64,000 bases of DNA from Candidatus Collierbacteria bacterium UBA2277 (GTDB taxonomy: Bacteria; Patescibacteriota; Microgenomatia; UBA1400; MFAQ01). The stretch spans positions 291,844-355,843 of the forward strand of contig DDWV01000001.1 in assembly GCA_002347045.1 (NCBI GenBank), written 5' to 3'. Below, in pieces: positions 18,052 to 27,157 of the stretch. Position 1 is the first letter of the stretch. Each line of letters begins with the position of its first letter. The notes under the pieces were generated by a model that saw only the letters and a list, made by a program, of their open reading frames with translations, was not told the DNA's origin and made no database searches. A program made the position numbers and the translations under genes.

Positions 18052-19051
18052 TAATTGTTTGTCTGGCTGTTTTTGTCCAGGAAAATGATGATGCTTTTTG
18101 CTTCCCTAAGTCTATCTGTTTTTTGCGTGCCTTGGGAGAAAGCGACAAAGCCTTTTTGATAGCTTTTTCCATAGATTGTAGCTTCCTGGGATTAAAGGTG
18201 ATGGCTTCATCGTGATAAATCTCGGGTAGGCTACTGGCGTTTGAGCTTATGACCAGAGATCCGGCTGTCATAGCTTCTAGAAGCGGAAGGCCAAAGCCCT
18301 CATAAAGGGAGGGCTGGACATATAAACTGGCCAGACGGTAGATAGCAGACAGATCTTCATTGGAGACGAATCCGGGCAGAATTAGGTGCTTGTAGACCTT
18401 AAGGCGAACCATGTCGATGAGCTCAGGATGGACTGGTTCTTTAATTTCTTGAAGCATGCCCTTGCCCACAATTACCAAAGGGACATCTAAACGATCGGTA
18501 ACCTCTGCTAATGTAGGTAGATTTTTGTTTGGGTTAGGGCCTCCGGCTACAGTAAGTACAAATTTTTTGGGGAGGTTATATTTTTTTCTTACTACTTCAA
18601 ATGTTTCTTTCGAGATATCTTTTTTGTATATTGGGTCGATAGCCAGATGGGTAACAAATATTTTTTCTGACGGTACTCTAAGATATTTTTCAATGTCTTG
18701 TTTGGAGTTTTCCGAGTCTGTGATAACTGCAGAGACAGATTGCAATGAAAGCCACTGTCGAAATAGATTGAGGGTTCCTTTTAGACCCTTTGGATAGCGA
18801 CTGGATAATACGAGAGGGGTCACATCGTGAATTGTAACGATGGTTTTTGCTATTTTTTTTCTTGGAAGTGTTGGGTAAAAAAGATCAAAAAAAGGATAAT
18901 GAATGATGTCTGGATTCTTTTGGGTGAGAGAAATGCTTTTTTGCTTGGATAGAGCTTTGTAGAGGTTGTCGGCATAAAATCCGACTCCCCTTCCCTGTGA
19001 GTGATCTCCACTGTTGAGAAATACTTTGATTTTATTTACCATATTCTTCAT
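18014..19051 (-). CDS. glycosyltransferase family 4
   Basis: 345 aa. C-terminal EGFGLPLLEAMTAGSLVISS motif. Confidence 0.75.
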   Translation of the reverse strand: MKNMVNKIKVFLNSGDHSQGRGVGFYADNLYKALSKQKSISLTQKNPDIIHYPFFDLFYPTLPRKKIAKTIVTIHDVTPLVLSSRYPKGLKGTLNLFRQWLSLQSVSAVITDSENSKQDIEKYLRVPSEKIFVTHLAIDPIYKKDISKETFEVVRKKYNLPKKFVLTVAGGPNPNKNLPTLAEVTDRLDVPLVIVGKGMLQEIKEPVHPELIDMVRLKVYKHLILPGFVSNEDLSAIYRLASLYVQPSLYEGFGLPLLEAMTAGSLVISSNASSLPEIYHDEAITFNPRKLQSMEKAIKKALSLSPKARKKQIDLGKQKASSFSWTKTARQTINVYKKVQKNAQS

Positions 19052-19910
19052 TTTTATAGAGCTCCCAAAGCTTCATGTAAGAAAAAGCATGGTGCAGCCC
19101 TGAGTAGAGAGAAAAGACTAGACCCGGAAAACCGTCCAAAAAGCCTCTGTGGCGAATATATATCGTCAAAAAAGTTCTAGTTGGTTTGCAAAATAAAAAT
19201 CTAATGGTATTAAAAAAGTTCACTTTGACTCCTGCCTCTTTATAAAACCTGGCCTGCAAACTAGAGTATCTGTTTTCTCTTAGAAGGTAGCGGCTAAAGT
19301 TTGGAGTTGCATAGTGGTCGAGGTCTGACTTAAGCCATCCAGTAACTCCCTTTACCTTCATTTGTTCGTGGACGTCTTTGGCTGGAAGGGTTGCTTTTCC
19401 TTTTTGAAAAAGTCTTATGACCGGGTCTGGATACTGACCAGAGTTTTTGAGATATCTAGTTAGAAAGAAGTTTTTGCGTGGGAGCCAGTAAGCCGAGGCT
19501 GGTTTTTTAAGCTCCTTTGGCTCAGGAAAAATTTTGACTATTTTGTTTATTGAGGTTCGCAGGGGAGAAATCCAGCAGTCGAAACCAAAGTATTTGCCAT
19601 CAAGAAGGTCAAGAATCTCTTTTTTCATCTCTTGAGGAATTCTTTCGTCTGCATCTAACTGAAGAATCCAGTCTGACTTTGCCTTGGCAATGGCTTTGTT
19701 TTTGGTAATGTGGAATATCTGTTCGTGGGGTTCAGAAAAAACTCTGGCACCTAAACCTTCGGCAATTTCTTTGGTTTTGTCTGTACTTTGCTCATCTACT
19801 ATTATGATCTCGTCTACCCAACCCTTAACTGAGTCTAGACAAGCTTTGATGTTAGCTTCTTCGTTGAAAGTAGCGAGGACTACTGAGATTGATTGGCGTT
19901 TGTTTTTCAT
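19032..19910 (-). CDS. glycosyltransferase family 2
   Basis: 292 aa. ISVVLATFNEE, IIVDEQSTD and LQLDADERI motifs. C-terminal GFLDGFPG motif shared with 42668-43474 and 44381-45298. Confidence 0.75.
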   Translation of the reverse strand: MKNKRQSISVVLATFNEEANIKACLDSVKGWVDEIIIVDEQSTDKTKEIAEGLGARVFSEPHEQIFHITKNKAIAKAKSDWILQLDADERIPQEMKKEILDLLDGKYFGFDCWISPLRTSINKIVKIFPEPKELKKPASAYWLPRKNFFLTRYLKNSGQYPDPVIRLFQKGKATLPAKDVHEQMKVKGVTGWLKSDLDHYATPNFSRYLLRENRYSSLQARFYKEAGVKVNFFNTIRFLFCKPTRTFLTIYIRHRGFLDGFPGLVFSLYSGLHHAFSYMKLWELYKNEEYGK

Positions 19911-21568
19911 TTGGTGGAGATGAACTTAAATAATACTTCTCCAGAAAGAGATTTTACCGTGTTTATGACTTTTGAGTCGTCAACTTTTTCTTCGGCAGAA
20001 ATTAGAAGGGTATTGGGTAAATTTTTGTCTTCTTCGTACTTGATAGACCTAAACTCGTATTTGTCTAATTTTCGCCCTGTAGAGAATCCATATTGATCTG
20101 GAGGAGACATGACAATCTGTTCTTGGAGTTTGTCTGGGGGGAATTGACTGAAAAAAGCAATTAGGATATATGGCTGATCATATCTGTCTGAGATGATAAT
20201 TTTGTCATATTGATTGTAGTTTTCTTTGGTATACTCTGCAATTTGATCAAAGCCGTATTGCCATGCAAATGGCAGCTCTTTGGGATAGTGAACATAATAC
20301 ATATGAAGGTATCTTGAGAAACTGTAAATTATTGTAAAAGAAACAAGTACGACTACAAAAGGAGCAAATCTCTTGATGTATATATGCAAAAAGTTTATAA
20401 ACCAGACTAGTCCCAGTGCGACAATAACAGCAAGAGGTATGGCCATGTTTTCTGCACGAAGAGCATGAGGAGACTGGTAGGTGAGTGCAGCTGGAATTGG
20501 AGCAATCAGGAACCAGGAAAGAACAAATTTTCCGCCAAGTGAGTTTAGTTTAATTAGGTAAAGAATTCCCATGGCGAAAAAAGGAAAGAAAACAAGGAGA
20601 TTTTGGCCTACTTCGGGAACTCTGCTTCTGGCAATGACATCGCCATCAATAAACTGAAAATCAAATGAGTAGTGAGATAAATAATTTTGCAAAAACCTCA
20701 TACTGTAGGAAAAATATTTGTTGTGAATCAACTTAACGGGCAAATTATCGTTTTTGTGCTCTATACGAAAGTTTGTTGCTTGCCAAACAGGACCTGAGTC
20801 TGCAAAAATCGAAACACCAGAGAATCGAGACTGCCCTTCGACTGAGAGCATCTGAAAGACTATGGGGAGGGAAAAAATGACTGTAAGAAGAAAGGCAGAT
20901 ATTGTTATCTTGAGATTCTTTTTTTGGAAGAAAGACTTAACCTCACCAAAAAATATTAGAGAGAAAGACACTATCAACAAGGGTGTGATTATTCTGGCTG
21001 AGTGATATGTGTATAGAGAGAGAACGGCGGCAAAAGAAAAGATATATAAATTTTTTGTATTTTCAAATGATTTGTGAAGATAAATGATAGAAAAGATCAT
21101 AAAAAAGGTAGCTATATTTACTTCCCAAGCTCCACGAGAGAAGTGGAGATGCCAAGGAGAGATGGAGAGAATAAAAGCCGCCAGGTGCCCTGCAGTTAAT
21201 TCGAGTTTGCCAAGACGAATCTTTTCTTTAGGGAAAAATCTATTTACTAACAAATAAAGAAAATATACAGAGACTACCCCCAAAAGTGCGGAAGGCAGTC
21301 GAACTGCTGTAACGCTAAGACCAAGAATTTTTATAAAGGGGAGTGCCAGATACACATAAAGAGGAGGTTTGTAATCATCGAAAGAGCGAAAAACAAGGGG
21401 CCAGGATGCTCCATGTTCATCCTTACCAGTTTGGATTAATGACCAAGCATTGTATCCAAGAGATGCCTCGTCTGCATTTAATCCGGCTGGAAATTGATTT
21501 AGCAAAACAAGCCGAAGTATGGCTGCAAAAAACACAATTCCAATTATTAGCTTATTCTTTTTCCACAT
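19907..21568 (-). CDS. GT-C ArnT/PMT_2-like glycosyltransferase, paralog 1 of a tandem quadruplet
   Basis: 553 aa. NADEASLGYNAWSLIQTGKDEHG loop and HLHFSRGAWE motif. 4-nt ATGA-type overlap with the downstream gene and 17-nt overlap with the upstream paralog. Confidence 0.7.
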   Translation of the reverse strand: MWKKNKLIIGIVFFAAILRLVLLNQFPAGLNADEASLGYNAWSLIQTGKDEHGASWPLVFRSFDDYKPPLYVYLALPFIKILGLSVTAVRLPSALLGVVSVYFLYLLVNRFFPKEKIRLGKLELTAGHLAAFILSISPWHLHFSRGAWEVNIATFFMIFSIIYLHKSFENTKNLYIFSFAAVLSLYTYHSARIITPLLIVSFSLIFFGEVKSFFQKKNLKITISAFLLTVIFSLPIVFQMLSVEGQSRFSGVSIFADSGPVWQATNFRIEHKNDNLPVKLIHNKYFSYSMRFLQNYLSHYSFDFQFIDGDVIARSRVPEVGQNLLVFFPFFAMGILYLIKLNSLGGKFVLSWFLIAPIPAALTYQSPHALRAENMAIPLAVIVALGLVWFINFLHIYIKRFAPFVVVLVSFTIIYSFSRYLHMYYVHYPKELPFAWQYGFDQIAEYTKENYNQYDKIIISDRYDQPYILIAFFSQFPPDKLQEQIVMSPPDQYGFSTGRKLDKYEFRSIKYEEDKNLPNTLLISAEEKVDDSKVINTVKSLSGEVLFKFISTK

Positions 21569-23207
21569 TTTTTGTTTTTATGATCCTTAACATAATTTCA
21601 CCATTTGGATAAAGGACGTCTTCATGCTTTTCAATGGTTGGTAAACTAAAGTCAAATTGCTCATCGATGTTGCCAACAGTACCGACAAATATAGTGTTTA
21701 GCTGGGTACTAATTTCACTTTTACCAAACTGGTGGAACTCTACCTTGTCTCCCAGATGGCTTACTTGTCCAACGTCAAAGCCACCACACTCGAACGAGTT
21801 GATCTTTTGATATGTTGCAGGATCAAAGCGTGAGTAAAAAAGGTAGAAAATATATGGCTGACCCCAAACATCGGTCATGACAACTCTGGACTCAGGGTAT
21901 TGGTTTATAAACTGCATAGCTTCTTTGTAGCCGAATTGAAACTCTCGATTGTAAGTAAACTTGGCATGTACAAAAAGAATGTCTACAAAATAGAAAAATA
22001 CAAGAGCTGTCGCAATAAAGGAAACGATAAATAGTGGTTTTGCTTTTGAAAACCCGTAATACATACCAAGTCCACAGATAATTGATAATGGGACAGCCAT
22101 AAAAAGAGTGCGGATTGTGGAGTACTCAGACAATGTAAGTGACCCAGGAAGCGGTGAAATGATGAGTAGCCCAATAATAAGTGCTGATATCTTTGGAGAG
22201 GTAAAACGTACAAGAAAAATTAACCCCAAGGCAAGCCAAATAAAATCAAAGGGAAGCATCTCTCCCATTCCTGGAACATGTCCTCTCATAACAGGCGCGA
22301 TACCTTCGTAAAAAAGAGCTCTCGTGGAAAGGTGTTTTAGGTATCTGCCGGCAACGAGACGTACGGTAAGCTGGTTGCTGTTGTGGAAGAAAAAAACTGA
22401 GGTTTTGTTTTGGTTGTCTATATGCCACGTTTCTTCAGTTACCTCTGGTCGATAGCCAAAAATACTTAGTCGTTTTAACCTATTTCCTGAAGTTCCAAAA
22501 ACAGATGAGGCGAACAAAATGATGATAGCTATGCCAGAGAAAACAAAGATTGCAGTGTTTTTTCTATTTTGAAGATACGTCTGAAAATTTATAAAAAAGT
22601 CTTTCCAGAAGATGAGAATAACAAGCAAAAAGGCAAGAGGAGTCATCATCTTGGCTGCCTGATAAGTGGTGAGTGTAACCAAAGACAGGATAAGCGATGT
22701 ATTTAGATGTTTGCCTGTTTTGATGAATTTAACTAGAAAATATATAGCAAATAAGAGGAGCGTGGTAAAAACATTTGTTTCCCAAGCCCCTCGAGAGAAG
22801 TGAATATGCAAAGGCATAACTGCCAGGGAAAGTGCAGAAAATGAGGCTAAAAGATTTTTCTTTTTTTCCTTTGGAAAAAGCTCTATCACCAGAAGATAAA
22901 CCCCCAAAATGGCCAGGATACCAAAAATTGCACTTGGAAGCCTCACGGCAAACTCTGTAAGGCCAAGAATAGCCACTGATGGAATGGCTAGATAAACATA
23001 CGCTCCGGGTTTGTAGTCGCCAAAACTTTTAAATGTAAGCGGCAAAAATTTTCCGTATTCATCGCGCCCAGTTTTGAGTATTGAGTAGGCGTTGTAACCG
23101 AGAGCAGCTTCATCCCAGGTGAGAGCCCCGGGAAGTGATCCGAGTTGATATAACCTTAAAAATGAACCGATAATGAGAGATAAAATTAATATCCAGTATT
23201 TTTTCAT
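21552..23207 (-). CDS. GT-C ArnT/PMT_2-like glycosyltransferase, paralog 2
   Basis: 551 aa. TWDEAALGYNAYSILKTGRDEYG loop and HIHFSRGAWE motif. Confidence 0.7.
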   Translation of the reverse strand: MKKYWILILSLIIGSFLRLYQLGSLPGALTWDEAALGYNAYSILKTGRDEYGKFLPLTFKSFGDYKPGAYVYLAIPSVAILGLTEFAVRLPSAIFGILAILGVYLLVIELFPKEKKKNLLASFSALSLAVMPLHIHFSRGAWETNVFTTLLLFAIYFLVKFIKTGKHLNTSLILSLVTLTTYQAAKMMTPLAFLLVILIFWKDFFINFQTYLQNRKNTAIFVFSGIAIIILFASSVFGTSGNRLKRLSIFGYRPEVTEETWHIDNQNKTSVFFFHNSNQLTVRLVAGRYLKHLSTRALFYEGIAPVMRGHVPGMGEMLPFDFIWLALGLIFLVRFTSPKISALIIGLLIISPLPGSLTLSEYSTIRTLFMAVPLSIICGLGMYYGFSKAKPLFIVSFIATALVFFYFVDILFVHAKFTYNREFQFGYKEAMQFINQYPESRVVMTDVWGQPYIFYLFYSRFDPATYQKINSFECGGFDVGQVSHLGDKVEFHQFGKSEISTQLNTIFVGTVGNIDEQFDFSLPTIEKHEDVLYPNGEIMLRIIKTKNVEKE

Positions 23208-24880
23208 GGGAGTCTTGTTATTACAAAGGCTGGGTATCCATCTAAAAAGAATATCGTTTTAAGGACATCGGCGTTGGTTGGGACATGATCGGGTGTAGTT
23301 ACAAATATGCTATTGTGTGTGCTAATTTGCTGTCCTAGCTCAAGCGTAAGTGAGTCGATATCCTCTCCTACTGGGGTGTCGTAGTCGTTGACGAAATAGA
23401 AACTGCCAATCTTGTCTACCCAAAACCAGTCGGACTTTGAGTATCTGATAGTTGTATCTGGATCGTTGAGAGTGCTAGGGTGAATTTTGTTAAAGAAAAG
23501 ATAAAAGATGTGTGCTTCTCCGTAACGCTTGGTAATAAAAACATTAGTGTAATCTTTTTGAGTAGACAAGAACTCAAAAACTTCACGGTATCCATGTTGC
23601 CAAGATTGAGAGTATCTCTTGGGATAAGTTATGAAATAGTCATTGAGATAAATTGAAAAAATTAATAGAGTGAGAATGATACTGATTGATAGAATGACGA
23701 GTTTGATTATTTTGGAAAATTTTTCACAAACAAAGACAAGTCCTAGGCCAGCAATAATGACAATCGCGGGAATGAGTGGGTTGGGACGAAGTGCCTGAGG
23801 TGGATCAACGGTAAGTGCTGCAGCAATAGGAGAAATAAGTAGCCAGATTAGAATAAATTGGTTTTGTTTTTCTCTGAAATTTTTTGATAGGTACAAGACC
23901 CCAATAATAAAAAAGGTAACGGCTGGAAAACCGAGCAGATTTCGGCCGGGAATAGCAAATTGAAACTGAGCACCATCACTTTGATTGATGAAACCAGGGG
24001 TGAAATATGAAAAGTAGTTTGCGATAAATGTATTTATAAAATATAGAGGACGATTGTATGCAAATCTAGCAATGGTAGGCGGTAAATTGCTTTCAATTCT
24101 CTGCTGACCGATGGTGTATGCTGTGGACTCAGTAATAATATTTAATTTGCTGTACCTGGCCGTACCAACTCCCGAAAGCATTTGAGATACTACAACGACG
24201 CCAAACGAAACTAATATTAAAAAAGAAAAAATAGTAGATTTTTCAATTTTGATTTTTCTCCAGAATATCAGCACAAATGAAAAAAGAAGGGCGGGAACAA
24301 ATACCCTGGCAGTGTTATATGAGTGAAGTGAAAGACCAAAAAGAACTGATGCAGGAATAAAGTTTTCTGGATATTTTAGACCTTTGATAAGAAAATATGA
24401 ACCATAGATAATTAGAGTTAGTGCAAGGTTTGCTTCTAGGGCGGGTCTAGATATAAAGAAATGCCATGGAAGAAAGGTAAGGATGAAACTTGAAATTACG
24501 GGCAAAGAAATTGAGATTTTTTTAAGATTTATTTTCTTTTCTGGGAAAAGTTCTTTTGTGAGTAGGTATATTCCAGGAATAGCTAAAGTACCGGCTAAAG
24601 CAGAGATAAAACGAATGGCAAAAACGTTGAGTCCAAAAATAGCTATAGGGATAATTGTGAAATATATATAGACAGGAAGCTTGTAATCACCAAAAGCTCT
24701 AAAAATTGTAGGTAGCGTTACCCCCCATTCATCTTTGCCTGTAAGAAAAAGTGAGTAGGCATTGTAGCCGTGACTGAGTTCGTCCCAATTTGGAGAGACA
24801 GGGAACTGACCGAGCTTATAAAAGCGTAGAAATCCTGCTACTAGAGTAAGAAGAAGAATGATTAGATGTCTTTTTTTCAT
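23204..24880 (-). CDS. GT-C ArnT/PMT_2-like glycosyltransferase, paralog 3
   Basis: 558 aa. NWDELSHGYNAYSLFLTGKDEWG loop. ATGA overlaps at both ends. Confidence 0.7.
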   Translation of the reverse strand: MKKRHLIILLLTLVAGFLRFYKLGQFPVSPNWDELSHGYNAYSLFLTGKDEWGVTLPTIFRAFGDYKLPVYIYFTIIPIAIFGLNVFAIRFISALAGTLAIPGIYLLTKELFPEKKINLKKISISLPVISSFILTFLPWHFFISRPALEANLALTLIIYGSYFLIKGLKYPENFIPASVLFGLSLHSYNTARVFVPALLFSFVLIFWRKIKIEKSTIFSFLILVSFGVVVVSQMLSGVGTARYSKLNIITESTAYTIGQQRIESNLPPTIARFAYNRPLYFINTFIANYFSYFTPGFINQSDGAQFQFAIPGRNLLGFPAVTFFIIGVLYLSKNFREKQNQFILIWLLISPIAAALTVDPPQALRPNPLIPAIVIIAGLGLVFVCEKFSKIIKLVILSISIILTLLIFSIYLNDYFITYPKRYSQSWQHGYREVFEFLSTQKDYTNVFITKRYGEAHIFYLFFNKIHPSTLNDPDTTIRYSKSDWFWVDKIGSFYFVNDYDTPVGEDIDSLTLELGQQISTHNSIFVTTPDHVPTNADVLKTIFFLDGYPAFVITRLP

Positions 24881-26550
24881 TTTTTAAAATCGAAGATCTC
24901 AATAATTATCTCACCTGTTGGGGTCTTTATCTGACGGAGTGTGCGTCTTTCCTTGGGGAGAAGAATGTTGTTTCTCTGGGAGAGATAGAGGGTGTCATCG
25001 TTGATATCTTCGGGCCAGTTTAAAGCTTCGAAGCTATACTTTCCAAGATTGTACTCAGCGATCTGATCAAGATATTTTGTGTTTGCTTGAGTAATTTGTT
25101 TGTTCCATTCAGCTGAAGCAGACTGAAAAACCAAAGGATCTACTTGACGATAAAAAGCGACAAATGTTTGCCCTTGTGTCCCCTGCTCAATCATGATTTT
25201 TTTGTACTCTGACTCGATCGGCTCGATAAAGTTGATTGCTTCACGCCAACCGTAAGAAAGTGACTTTGGGTATGAAACTTTGGTATTTAAAAAATAGTCC
25301 TCGAAATAAAAAATGGTCAAAACTGCTGATAAACCAATAAAAAGGATTGATAAAGTCTTCTTGAACTTAAACTTAAGACTAAGTATGCTTACTAAGCCAA
25401 AGGCGGCTATTAATTCCCATAGGCCAAGAAACGAACCAGCACGATTTGGGCGATAGCCCTCTCTGGTGAGAGCGGCTGGAATGGCAGCAATGATCATCCA
25501 AAAAAACAGTGTTCGAATATCGAGTTCTTCAGATTTGGATTTGTCTATAAGTTTATATAATCCAAAAAAAATGAGGGGCAACATCCAAAAATAGAGAAGT
25601 CCCCTACCTGGAATATTAGAGTATGTGGTTTCGTTTCCACTTTCGGTAAACCAAAAAGGTAGAGAAAAGTAACTTAAATAGTTTTCAGAGAACTGAGTAA
25701 TGACACTAACAGTTTTGTTGTGAAAGACTTTTGACACTTTTGGGCTAATTTTTGAGAGGTCTGAAAATGAGGACTGGTCTTTGACCTCTCTGGCTTTCTC
25801 TGCGCTTAAGTTAAAAATCATCAAATCGCTGCCTCTTGTAGCAGAACCTCCATAGAGAGTATCTATAGCTAGAGGAGTGATTATTATTAAGATGAGAACA
25901 ATTGGAGCGAGTAAGGGCCTAATTCCTTTAGCAAATATCTTTTTGCGATATAGATATAGAAGGGAAAGTGAAAAGAGAGGAATAAAGACTCGTGCCGAGT
26001 GATATGCATAGAGACTAATACCCCAAAGACAGACCGAGTGAGAGAAAAATCGTCTATCTTTAAGACCTTTGACGAAGAAATATAAACCTAAAGGAAAGAG
26101 AAAAGAGGTTAGGTTTACCTCAAGTGCCATACGGGAGAACTGAAGGTGCCAAGGAGAGATAGATAAAAACAAGGCGGCAATCAAAGGTAGGTTTTTGGAC
26201 TTGGGAAAAAGTTCTTTGCTGAGAAAATAGATGCTAAGTATCGCGAAAACGCCAAAAATAGCACTGGGAAGACGGGCGGCAAACTGATTAAGACCAAAAA
26301 TGGCGATTGTTGGAATCATGAGATATGTCTGGAGAGGTGCTTTGTAGTCGAGAAAAGACTTGAAGGAAGCAATCGGCCAACTTGTTCCCCATTCGTCTTT
26401 ACCTGTTTTTAGGAGACTGTAGGCAGAATAAGCCTGACTCGATTCATCTGGAGTAAAGCCTGTGGGGATACTACCTAAGAGAATTAAGCGAAGGAAAAGA
26501 CCGAACATGACTATGAGTATCAGTATCAATTGGGTCTTTTTCATAAACAT
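24877..26550 (-). CDS. GT-C ArnT/PMT_2-like glycosyltransferase, paralog 4 (first gene of the quadruplet operon)
   Basis: TPDESSQAYSAYSLLKTGKDEWG loop and HLQFSRMALE motif. The ORF track extends to a TTG at 26598. ATGs at 26550 and 26544 (MFMKKTQ / MKKTQ) look more plausible, so the start is uncertain. Confidence 0.65.
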   Translation of the reverse strand: MFMKKTQLILILIVMFGLFLRLILLGSIPTGFTPDESSQAYSAYSLLKTGKDEWGTSWPIASFKSFLDYKAPLQTYLMIPTIAIFGLNQFAARLPSAIFGVFAILSIYFLSKELFPKSKNLPLIAALFLSISPWHLQFSRMALEVNLTSFLFPLGLYFFVKGLKDRRFFSHSVCLWGISLYAYHSARVFIPLFSLSLLYLYRKKIFAKGIRPLLAPIVLILIIITPLAIDTLYGGSATRGSDLMIFNLSAEKAREVKDQSSFSDLSKISPKVSKVFHNKTVSVITQFSENYLSYFSLPFWFTESGNETTYSNIPGRGLLYFWMLPLIFFGLYKLIDKSKSEELDIRTLFFWMIIAAIPAALTREGYRPNRAGSFLGLWELIAAFGLVSILSLKFKFKKTLSILFIGLSAVLTIFYFEDYFLNTKVSYPKSLSYGWREAINFIEPIESEYKKIMIEQGTQGQTFVAFYRQVDPLVFQSASAEWNKQITQANTKYLDQIAEYNLGKYSFEALNWPEDINDDTLYLSQRNNILLPKERRTLRQIKTPTGEIIIEIFDFKK

Positions 26551-26635
26551 AATTATATTCGATGCAATGACGGCCTCTTCGGTTATTATATCCTGCAATA
26601 AGGTGTGTTTTGTTCCATGCTAAACTTTATGAATA

Positions 26636-27157
26636 ATGTCCACATGGAAGGAAACAAAGGTTTTTTTGACGAGATATTTAGAAATTTATATTCTTGTGGC
26701 CGTTTTTATGTTTTTTGGATTAAAGTGGCACAAAAATAAGAATTATTCGACAGAGAAACTAGAAGAGATGATGGTGTCGGTTTCAGACTTGCGAGATAAG
26801 ACTGATGACCCGTGTAAGTATAGTATCTTGGGAGACCCTGTTGCGGCAAAATTTGACTATATAAAAGTGTTTATTTTTTGCGGAGATGGTACAAAGTCAA
26901 CAAACAGTATGGATCTTCGAGCAGTTAAGGAAAAAACAGTGATCGGAGCTCTGAGAGAGCTTGGAAGAGTAAATGGATTTGAAGTAAAGTATGAAGATAA
27001 TAGACTCTTTCTTGGCAAGTATAGCTCCCCAGATTTGAAATGCTTTCAGAATCAAAAATTTGTTAATGACTTTGGTACTGACATTAAAGTATCGGGGACT
27101 ATAGAGTGTTATTACAATTTTTTACCAAAAGAGATAGCTGTTTTTTATGAAAAATAA
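26636..27157 (+). CDS. hypothetical exported or membrane-anchored protein
   Basis: 173 aa. N-terminal hydrophobic segment, 6 Cys in the soluble part, no motif I recognise. One of the few plus-strand genes. Confidence 0.45.
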   Translation: MSTWKETKVFLTRYLEIYILVAVFMFFGLKWHKNKNYSTEKLEEMMVSVSDLRDKTDDPCKYSILGDPVAAKFDYIKVFIFCGDGTKSTNSMDLRAVKEKTVIGALRELGRVNGFEVKYEDNRLFLGKYSSPDLKCFQNQKFVNDFGTDIKVSGTIECYYNFLPKEIAVFYEK

